A stretch of 63,667 bases of DNA, counting the filler, from Reticulomyxa filosa (taxonomy: Eukaryota; Protista; Foraminifera), in the NCBI GenBank assembly GCA_000512085.1. It is 25 parts of 25 records of this genome, joined end to end, with 100 filler letters (N's around TTAATTAATTAA, not from the genome) between each part and the next. Parts side by side here need not be neighbours in the genome. Positions count along the whole stretch, not along the records: positions 11,421 to 14,772 come from ASPP01013899.1; positions 14,873 to 16,626 come from ASPP01001566.1; positions 16,727 to 18,419 come from ASPP01023361.1; positions 18,520 to 20,899 come from ASPP01034325.1; positions 21,000 to 22,042 come from ASPP01003722.1; positions 22,143 to 23,799 come from ASPP01003421.1; positions 23,900 to 26,208 come from ASPP01023054.1; 18 more parts are not named here. One strand, 5' to 3'. The notes beneath the pieces were generated by a model. The model saw only the letters and a program-made list of their open reading frames with translations. It did not search any database and was not told where the DNA came from. Position numbers and translations under genes: made by a program. Position 1 is the stretch's first letter. Every line of letters begins with the position of its first letter. Shown here piece after piece: positions 13,630-23,925 of this stretch.

Positions 13630-14565
13630 TTTTGTTTTTGTGTATTAGTGAAAAGTGTATTATATTGTAACCACATCACAATAAAAAAGAAAGTTGACAC
13701 ATTTTTGATTAAATGTTGTTTTTTCATTAGAAAATCAATAATATTCTAAATTTTTTTTAAAAATATCTTCGAATAATGTAGTTTTTTAAATATTGTTTTT
13801 GTTTTTTATTTTATTTTTTCACAGATTAATTTTTCATATATTTCTTTTGTCAAATTTAAGCGAGTATTTATCTTGATTTTTTAATGTATAGTTTTTTGTA
13901 TATATTTTATGTATTTTTGTTTGATATTAATTGTTTTTATTTGTCATTTGAGTTTTATTAGTGTCTTTTCTGAAAAAACTTGAACTCGTGAGATGTCTGC
14001 TGTTGATAAGATAAGACACTAAATGTAATACGAAAAGTTTTACTCAAAAAGATCTACTTTCGATAAAACGAAAGTAAATTAAGTAAATAACACAAAAGAA
14101 ATAAAAAAAACAAACTAATAGTAAAGAAAAGTTAGTTTATAAGTTTAACACTGGCTCATCAACTCTTTCAGAGTTCGGTAATATAGTAGTGACTTGCCAC
14201 ACAAACTTTTTTAACAAAGTAATTTTGTAGAAAAAGTATCATTTTTCTTTTAGTAAAAAAACGTCAAAGTTTTTAAAGGTTTGTCTTAAAAACCCTTAAT
14301 GAAGTATTTGTCGTTCCAAAAGCAATTACATCAAGCTGTTTTTATTAAAAGCATAAACAAAAAAAACTAAAATAAATAAATGAGCAAAAATAAACTTCAT
14401 AAAAATATTACAAAAATAGCAACGAAATTTTAAAAAACAAAAAAACTTTCACAAGGTACTTTACAAAAATGCTGAAAAAAAAATGCAAATTTCATAAACT
14501 GATGAATTACTTTGAATGTGTATGCAAAATACAAACTTTAAGATATTGTGGGGCTCGTGATAAGA

Positions 14566-14686
14566 TTTTTTTTTTAGAAGAATGGTTATAGGACCCCGCC
14601 CCAAAGGGACATAGCTCAACCATAAAAAACGTAAATAAATTGAAAAGGTTTTTAAACGGACAAATTATGACACCAAATTGAACACT
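14566..14686 (-). repeat. Dispersed repeat copy 1 (copy 2 at 62451-62567); probable retroposon 3' end with stem-loop + oligo(A)
   Basis: About 115 bp nearly identical to copy 2; homology stops at a T-run (A-tail on the minus strand). Confidence 0.75.
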
Positions 14687-15329
14687 ATATCTTTTTTTTC
14701 TAACTAAAATTTACAACTAAAAGATTATTTAAAAAATTTGCTAATTCTCAAACGATCTGAACGCAGCGAGGANNNNNNNNNNNNNNNNNNNNNNNNNNNN
14801 NNNNNNNNNNNNNNNNTTAATTAATTAANNNNNNNNNNNNNNNNNNNNNNNNNNNNNNNNNNNNNNNNNNNNTACAATTATAATCTAAATTCAAGTTTTT
14901 GTTTAATAAAAAACACAGAAAAAATTTCAAATATATTTTCATTGCTTAGTTTGATTATATCATTCACTCCACAAAAACATGGATACATGATATTTTCTTT
15001 CGAATTTATCAATTATTGATCACAGAACATTTATTCACAAAATAGAATTTTCTACACATTCAATTTTCTAAAGTAAATTGTTAGAAGGAAATAACTATTT
15101 CTTTTAAACATCTACATTTGCCCTGAAAAGCATAAAAATTTCACTGCATGATTTTTTTTGTATTGCCCCGAAGCAACTAACAAAAGCTCAGCCACATATT
15201 GAAAAGGTTTATAGTAGCTTAAATGTTATGGATAAGCCTTAGAAAAAGTGGGAACTTTTCGAAACTGTATTGACTTTAAAAAAAAATAGATAACGTTTCT
15301 CAGCTTCAGTCATGTTGAAAAATTGAAAT

Positions 15330-15840
15330 AGAGGTTCAAAATTGTGCAAATGAACTCTAGTATTTATCAGATGATTTAGCACGACCTATGCAAACATAAA
15401 GAGATGGATTGGAAAAGAATACGAACGTACAATCACCAAGATAAACTTGAAACCAGATGTCACACATCTGGTGACATCATCTACAATAGATGATGGATTA
15501 ATTTTGAAATTTCGTACAATGGAATATTTAAATGTGTTGTAGCTGGTATTTGGATAGTATCAATAGATTGGATTAATGGCTGCATTAAAGAATCTAAAAT
15601 TATAAATGAACTTCCATTTGAGGTAATATTTGTATATTTTGTTTTGTTTTTTATTGAATATTTTCTATGTTACAGATTAAAGGAGACTATATTGGTATTG
15701 GAGCAGCTAGCAAATCTTGTATTATACATCAAGAAATAAATTATCAAAGATTATTCAAAGATTGTATATTTATTATTAATAATAAATTTGACAAAGACAC
15801 TATCAAAGACTTGACTGAAATAGTGCTTACCGTTTAGATG
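15330..15840 (+). pseudogene. BRCA1/BARD1-type BRCT domain gene remnant (intron 15623-15675)
   Basis: DVTHLVTS..RTMEYL / AGIWIVSIDWINGCIKESKIINELPFE|IKGD; frameshifts and stops present. Confidence 0.75.
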
Positions 15841-16099
15841 GATGAAAATGAAAAAAGATAGCAAAAAGATAGAGATTTTTCCAAATTATATTTGTTTATA
15901 CATGAATCAAGGACTATATTGCATGAAAAAGAATTTAATTTTTCAAAAAATTTGATATTTTGATGTTTGTACCTAGAAATATTTTTAATTCTATTTCAAA
16001 TTATAAACAATTAAGTTTTTACTGATCCAATTTTTTTATTACTTTGTTGTTTTGCCATTTTAAGTATTTTTTTGCATTTGTTTTGATTTTATTGATATT

Positions 16100-16626
16100 T
16101 TGAAATGGATAAATAATAACATTATTTAGTATTTCCAAGGTCTTTTGCTTTTGCAAATGAGAAGCAGCAGATAAACGCAAATTGTTCCAATTAGACAATC
16201 CGACAAATGAAATTTTCGAGCATTTTGTGTTTTGTTCAAATTGTGAAACAAAACATGAAGTGTAAAATTGATCCAAAAAAAAAAGGGGCTGATTGCTCCA
16301 AAAAAAAAGTTATTTTAACAACATTTGCGTTGGCCGAAATTTCTTCCATCGTCAATCCAACTGACAAACGCGCATCGATCTCATCGTCATCATTGCATAT
16401 TATATATGTATATATGAATATTCTTTTTTAAAAAAGTTTATTACAAAAAAAAAAAAATTTCTTTTTTAAAATAACTAATTTTTTCACTCTTCTATTGTTC
16501 TGTCCAATGATTTTTCCAACTTTTCCAACTCATTTTGCTGCTGCAAAAACGCCTCGATGTTGCTGCTCACCAGCTTTTCCAACAATTTGCTCTCCAACAA
16601 ATGGATGTTCGGTATTGACACTCCAC
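16100..16626 (-). CDS. Hypothetical multi-exon gene fragment
   Basis: Coding-like exons (LLESKLLEKLVSSNIEAFLQQQNELEKL; DDDEIDARLSVGLTMEEISANAN). Confidence 0.3.
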
Positions 16627-17002
16627 NNNNNNNNNNNNNNNNNNNNNNNNNNNNNNNNNNNNNNNNNNNNTTAATTAATTAANNNNNNNNNNNNNNNNNN
16701 NNNNNNNNNNNNNNNNNNNNNNNNNNTTTTAACTAATTCTTCCAATGTCTCATTCATTTTTCGTTTGTCCATGATGATGGAGTGCTTTAATTCTATTCAT
16801 TTTTGCTCTCTATCGATATCTTTTTTAAACCCCTTTAATCATTGAACTTTCGGCTAAAAATTCAAGTAAACTGACAAACTTCTGTGTCAAAAGCAACTGT
16901 TTCGTAACTAATACTGTTATCCGAGGTAAATCAAGTGAAATTTTGAAGTTTTTTGGAGTAAAAGTGAACTAAGGTAAAAACAAGCTGACAAGGAACCTAA
17001 GA

Positions 17003-18419
17003 ATGGCGCAATTTCATAACAAAGTGGAAGGTAAAAACAAAGAAAAAAAGGGAAACCCGAATACGAAAGGCTTAAAGGAATGGATGGCAAGTTACATGGA
17101 GAACGAAAAGAAAAGTGAAGAAGATAAGAAGAAGGAAACCGAATCAAATAAAGAATTGCACCCAAACCAAGTACAAGGAAAGTGAGTAAAATGACGGAAG
17201 AAAGGGAAGACGAATGGGATATGGATGAAGATTTGGAAAATGGTAAAAATTATCCAATGCTGGATGGTCTGAACAAGCAAATGTATACAAACCAGGTTTT
17301 CCATGTGGTCCCTGACCAGAGTAAATTCCATAGTATGTATTGTACATTCAAGACACATTCAGAAAAGAATCTAGAAAGGACATATGTGGAACTTCCAGAG
17401 GCAAACGCAAGGATTAAAGATAGGTAGAGAATGCGAATCAACAAGGGTACAGTTACAGCCAAAGTTAATTATGAGACCGGCGATTGCAACGAAACTGGCA
17501 AGAGATTTCGCAAAGTATGATTGGAACAAGATTGTGGACCAGTGCAGTAAAAACGAATGGGAATACGCAAAGTCGCAAGGTTTCAAGATCCAAGACCAGT
17601 TGACGGGAACGTATACTGACGAAGTAGGTGAAAAAAACAAAGAAAATGATGCGGTAGTGCATGAGGACAAAATGGCTAACAAAAAAAAAGAACGGTACAA
17701 GGATCCAGGATTCAGGTTTAGAAAATAAGAAAGTCAAACACTGGATGACATAGAACAAACAGTGGAAGAGCCCCAAGTATCAACACAGGATCGGCACAAG
17801 AGGTGACGGACTGGGATTCAAAACCAAGACAGGAGATGGTGGCAAGGTTGATAACGGATAAAGCGGAAGCAAGAGGGAATCAAAATTTGTAAGAAATGAT
17901 TAGAGCAGTAACTAATGCTCTGACAGAGATGACAGTGCATAAAGCTGAAATGCTGGCTGCACAGAGTACGTTGATGGATTTTGTGGTGGTAATTTTCGTA
18001 TATATCCATCCAATGGATAAAATCAATGCAGTACATATAGATAGGGCGTGGCAGGACATACAAAACGTAGTAAATGTCTTTCAGAGCCTACGATATGCAA
18101 TACTACTGATGGGAGACATGAATGCAAGAACCAAGTATACGGGGGACAAAGTGAATAATCAAAATGGAAATCGATTAATGGAACGGTGTCAAAGAAATGC
18201 GCTACTAATATTAAACATAGAGAACTGCAAAGGGCAAAGAACTTTTCATGCAAACAAGACAGAGGCAAAAATATTCTCGATTGTTGACTATGCGATAGTC
18301 AATATTCACGAATTCTGGGAAGAATCACGAATAAAAATGGAAGTGTTAAAACAGCATGTGGCATCGGACCATTACCCAATAATGTGCACATTTGAACAAG
18401 GAAAAACTGGAAATACAAG
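17003..18419 (+). mobile_element. Degenerate non-LTR (LINE-type) retrotransposon: frameshifted ORF1-like region followed by an APE-type endonuclease C-terminal half
   Basis: LLMGDMNA..NQNGNRL..RTF..SIVDY..SDHYPI motifs at about 17990-18390; intronless and purine-rich; the RT domain would lie beyond the contig end. Confidence 0.8.
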
Positions 18420-18519
18420 NNNNNNNNNNNNNNNNNNNNNNNNNNNNNNNNNNNNNNNNNNNNTTAATTAATTAANNNNNNNNNNNNNNNNNNNNNNNNN
18501 NNNNNNNNNNNNNNNNNNN

Positions 18520-18695
18520 ATATTCGATCAAATAAGAATGAATTGTTTATGATCAAAGGAGATTAGAAAGAAGATAATGGAATATTATATCTTAAATTTA
18601 TTGCATTGAAAAAGAAGAATGAGACAAATAATGTCAAATATGATTTGAATTTATGTTATGGTTCAATCAATGGTCCCATTCGTATTTGGAGATAA
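18520..18695 (+). pseudogene. WD40 protein C-terminus with an in-frame TAG
   Basis: IRSNKNELFMIKGD*KEDNGILYLKFI..LCYGSINGPIRIWR*; paralog of 6080-6442. Confidence 0.85.
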
Positions 18696-19412
18696 TTTAC
18701 TTTTTTTGTCGGATAAGAAATGGAGTTTGATTAAAAGAAAGTAAATTGATATTGAACTTGTTTGATTTGATTGAGCACAAATTGAAAGATGTGTTTTATT
18801 TTATTTTGTTGTTTAAAAAGTTGAAAAAACTGTGTTTAATGTTTTTTAAAAACTGCACTTTGAAAAGAATTGAATTGCATTTTTGTGATCTTATAAAACT
18901 TTATTCAAATCAATAAATGATTGAATATGGAATATTAACAATGTAAGAATATTATTAAAAGAGGACGAATTTATGACCTTGATGAAATGATTTTTGAAAA
19001 TATTAAGTTATTTAACAATATAATATTCAATTTGGTCTAAAGCATTTAAAGAAATGAAATTCTATATAAATATTCCAATTACATAATGAAAGAACGCATT
19101 TGGATCATGACAACAGAGTTGATAAATTTTCATTTGGCATTATGAACATTTATTCAAAATTGAGTTGATAAGATTAGAATGGATCAATAATTTAGATATA
19201 TGTTAAGCAAAACTATTTAATTTTGACAACACAGCACATTCAATTTTTTTTAATTTAAATAAATATGTTATTTCATTGAATAATTGGAAGAATTTTTTTT
19301 TTTTTTACATAAACATAAATGAGCTTGGCTTTTGTTTGCTCCAAATAAAGGGCAAATCAGTTTGTAATCTCTGACACGTACAACATAATGACTTTTTGTT
19401 AACTGCTCTATA

Positions 19413-19712
19413 TTAGTATCTATGGAAAAACAAGAGTTGTTGAATTGGGCACTTGCCATTGCTTTGCTTTAAGTATGTTTGCAAACATTCTTCTCCTACA
19501 AAATATACTTGTCCTTCATTTTCATGCTCATCACATTGCAATTCCACTGCGTTGTTTGCAATTTGTTTGCAAATGCAGCAGATTAAATGATTCAATTTCT
19601 GTTAGTTGTTGGTTAACAAAATCCAGTTTTTATTATAACAGCAAGAACTAGAAAATGTCTCTTTTTCATTTTCCACTTTTTTTCCCTCTCTTTCCATGTT
19701 CAAGGATAACAT
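19413..19712 (-). pseudogene. Truncated RING-like N-terminus of the TRAF family
   Basis: LICCICKQIANNAVELQCDEHE...GEECLQTYLKQSNGKCPIQQ, then an abrupt break. Confidence 0.8.
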
Positions 19713-20269
19713 TGTCTAGTCTTTTCTTTATTATGATTAACTCCAAGAAAAAAGTTGTGTTTAAAAAGGGACAATACGAAACTCTTTTTTATAAAGTGGT
19801 TAACATTATTTGACAACTTTATTTTATTTTTTAATTTTCTAAGAAAGTTAATACGTTGTATTTTTTTTTTGAAACGAAGTTAATTCGATTCTGTTGCTTG
19901 TTCTTTCATGCGGTTATTTGTTTGTTTCTCGAATCTGGAGGTTCAGATATTCTTCAAAGAGAAGATTAGAAATAAATAACTTAATTTTCTTTTTAATGTT
20001 TTTAACAAAATTGCAGGAATAAGCAATTATTGTCAACAGAGTAATTCAGCTGTGAAATTTTCAATAGACACAAGGGACAAACAATTGAACTGCACCAGTT
20101 TTACTACGCAGACGTCAGTAGGACTTTTTTTAATGTCTGTTTTGACTATTGATGTAAGGATTTTATGTTTATGGATAGTCCAGTGTAAATGTTTTTCAAC
20201 TCCAAAAATTTTTATTTGAAGTTTCGATTGCCTATTATTAATAAAACAAAAAAAAATGAAGCAAGCAAA

Positions 20270-20465
20270 GGAAGATTATCAACAATTATTTCAAAAATTA
20301 AATCTTTAACACAAACAAAAAAATAATCTTATGAGTCTTCTATTTTATTAACTATCAATTTTAATCTGTATTGTTCGTCATCCAAATTAATCAATGCATT
20401 CACTGGATATCCTGATTGTGTGAATAATATTGACTATTCAGCATCTGATGATTGTCAATTCTTTC
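20270..20465 (+). pseudogene. WD40 first-repeat remnant
   Basis: SKLINAFTGYPDCVNNIDYSASDDCQF. Confidence 0.55.
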
Positions 20466-21089
20466 AACAAATTTTTGTTTTTTTTTCTAGTTTTCATTTT
20501 ATGTTTTTTTTCTTTTACTTTGGTTTGTTTTGTTAAAGGTAATTAGTTCATTGGATCATGATAAATTTTTTTTCTGTTTACACACTTAATTCAATTTTAT
20601 AAGTAAAAAGATAATTCATTTTTGTTTTTTTTATTCATTAAAAAAAGCAGATATTGCAAAATTCTGTTTTTGAAGTCCCTTCATTGAACTTGAAAAAAAA
20701 AAGTTAAACTTTTCCATTTTACATCATTGAAGACTATCCAAGCAAAAAGACAAAAGCAGTTGCAAAATGACAGCTCTTATCAGTCATGAACAAACTTTAA
20801 CTCAACTAGTAGTGGTAAGTTTTATTCCAAATTTCTAAAAAGTTGATTGTCTTCGAGTTTTTATTGTATTTATTGTGTGGACTTGTGATGAATTAGCCAN
20901 NNNNNNNNNNNNNNNNNNNNNNNNNNNNNNNNNNNNNNNNNNNTTAATTAATTAANNNNNNNNNNNNNNNNNNNNNNNNNNNNNNNNNNNNNNNNNNNNT
21001 TATTTATTTTTTAAAATTTGTTTAAGTTCATATATTACAATTTATGCTTCCACACACAAAAACACTTTTGTAGCTTTTACGAACTTTTC

Positions 21090-21625
21090 CCCTTCATGCT
21101 TGTTGCATGAGAAGCGTTTCTCTAATACATTAAAGAGCTTTGCATAACGTACTAGCGCTTTATTCAATTGCATGCTTAACCTGCTGTTTATACTGCTGAC
21201 GTGGCCTGACAGCCTGTCAGCGTCAGTGTTCTGTCTCTCGTATGATACGCTCTTGGTGCACGGGTATCAAATTTTCAAACACGATGAGTTTAATATGGAC
21301 AATATCTTGACTATGCCCGATGGACGTGACCAGCTCAAATACTTTTCCAAGGAGAAACCCATCACTGCAATGACCGATTGCAATTTGAAATGTATTGTTA
21401 AAAAGGTCAATAAGAAATGAGATTTCGATCCCCAAATGCATGGACCATTATTTTATCAAAGTCATGACCACTATTTAATTTGGTCACTGAATAATAACAT
21501 TCGAAAAAGCATGCCGAGTTTTTCACTTTTTTTGAGAAACTTTGATAAGCATGTTAAAGTTCCGAGTATTATCATTTAGTTGAAAGAATATTCTTTCTCT
21601 TTGCGAGGTTTGTTTCAACCCGGTG
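21090..21625 (+). pseudogene. Second ABC1/ADCK kinase pseudogene fragment
   Basis: Colinear with 10015-10625 (LLVHGYQIFKH.EFN..NILTMPDGR..QLKY); extra deletions remove the DPH and IDY motifs. Confidence 0.8.
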
Positions 21626-22157
21626 AGATTTATTAAAGATAATATCAAATGACAACTTGCTGGAATCCATGAGACGACAACAAGCGTATTTACAAGTACT
21701 TAGAGCTGCAAAGGTATCTTTTTTTTGGATAGGTTTCTCATCTTGTTTACTTATCTACAAATCAAAATCATCTGATCATTTTTTTTAGATAATCTTTTCT
21801 CACTCAATCAAAAAAATAAAAAAATAAATGTAAAAGATTGAGAGACATACAATACATAAACACATACACAGATATAAATTTGAGAGATGAAAGATAGGAA
21901 AATAGTAAGTGAGCATTTTTGCACGCATGGAGGCTCTGAACATTTTGCTCTTGTTTTTGGGAATCATTAAAATATTTACTACAGCCGCTTTTTTCATTTT
22001 TTTTTTGAAGATTATGCCTTTTTTTTAAGTGTATATTTGATCNNNNNNNNNNNNNNNNNNNNNNNNNNNNNNNNNNNNNNNNNNNNTTAATTAATTAANN
22101 NNNNNNNNNNNNNNNNNNNNNNNNNNNNNNNNNNNNNNNNNNAAAAAAAAAAAAAAG

Positions 22158-23343
22158 TTATCTTGCACAGTGCAAAAGAGGGAAGGAAAAAACAAAACAA
22201 AACAATGTATGATGGCGTTGTAAGAAAGCAATATAGCGTTGGTAATCTTGTTGCGTCACGCGATCAGACGACAAAAACAAGTTCAAATCTTGAAGCTCTG
22301 CAATGGCCAGATGATACTGCCTTGGCAGATTTGCATAGAGTTGCAAATTGCGCAGCTTTTGCTGGATGAAGGTGTCTTCGTTTGTAATGTGACGTGCATT
22401 GGGGTCGGATGAGTAGTTCATTGGATTGACTTGCTTCATGGGAAACCATGAACGACGACCGCTTCGGGAAGTGTGTTGAGCAGCTCCTTCCATCCGTCGT
22501 ATTGCCACTTGTCCTTGCTGTGATTGTGGTGGTAGTAGTACAGCAATTGCAGAAATGACCGAATGGGAAAGTGTGGCATTTCTGCACACCATTGCGCGAC
22601 TATGGACTTGGCCCCGTCGAGGTCATGCTTGTACATACACATGGACAACAGGTCACTGAACAATGACTGATTCAATACTATGTTCGATTGTTTCAAGTAT
22701 GACATCAGGCTCTTATGTTATTTATTTGTATTTATATTTCCTTTTTTTTTTTACAACATACACAACATATACATATACATATAAGTATATATGTATTATG
22801 CGTATGCTCTATTTCACCTGGATTGAAACTTTGTGGTTGGCGTTCTTCCAAACTAACAGTATTGATGACAATAGTGTCGCGGTTTGCAAATATACGCCAT
22901 TTGATATCATCACTTCCAATATTTCCATTGCCTCATTCCACTTTTGATCATATACTGCGTTACTCAAGTATTTCTCATGTACTTGCAACTCGTCCACGTT
23001 GATTGCATTCCATACCTTTTTTAAATGAATTCAAAAAAAAAAAAACAATAAATGATCTTGTTGCATAAAATGATCCGCTCCTTTTCTTTTTTTTTTGCAG
23101 AACTGAAGATGGTAACGGTCCGCTGCTTATCATAGACGCCTTTGTGGTCAAATCGCTTTGCGGTTCCTGCGTTTCTTCGGATCTCCCAGTTGGTTCACGG
23201 ATTGCAGGTCCTGAACTTAGACTTCGACCGCTTGCCTTTATTATCTTTGGCTGCAAGTATTTTCTGGAAAATTGACAGACATTTCGCAAAGATGTGTTTG
23301 GAATATATTTGTAGCGTAATCCCACGCTACTGGTTGAAAACAT
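22158..23343 (-). CDS. Helical-repeat (PPR-like) protein with a possible mitochondrial targeting peptide; multi-exon, one apparent frameshift near 22440
   Basis: Arg/Ser-rich N-terminus; KWNEAMEILEVMISNGV and LFSDLLSMCMYKHDLDGAKSIV resemble PPR motifs. Confidence 0.45.
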
Positions 23344-23925
23344 GTGAATTGACTTTCTCAATAAATTTAATCCAACCGGGATTAAAACATATAGTCGAAG
23401 ATTTTTTTGTTTTGTTGTGCCAACAAAAATAAGCAAAGTTTATTTCACTGCGCAGTTATTCCATAAAAAATGAAAAGTTTGCCAAAGACATCTTATACTC
23501 AAAGCGTTGTGACCGATCAAAGGAGAACAGAAGTGAGTAACAAAGTTATATTGTTTTGAATTTTGCCATTTTCAAAAAAAATAAATTGCGTTAAATACTG
23601 AACATAAAAATAGTGTAGCGAGTACAAAACAAAATCAAAAAGATAGCAACAAACACCAACAAACGGCCAAAAACTCAAACACATTGCAATTTGGAATAAA
23701 TTTCGCAGTTGATTTGATTGATATCAATGCTTTTGTTAATCCTGGCAATTGCAAAAGTATTACCGGTTTTAATAGTCAAAAATTTGCATGATAAACTCTN
23801 NNNNNNNNNNNNNNNNNNNNNNNNNNNNNNNNNNNNNNNNNNNTTAATTAATTAANNNNNNNNNNNNNNNNNNNNNNNNNNNNNNNNNNNNNNNNNNNNT
23901 TTTTTTTTTTTTAAAAAAAGAGTTT

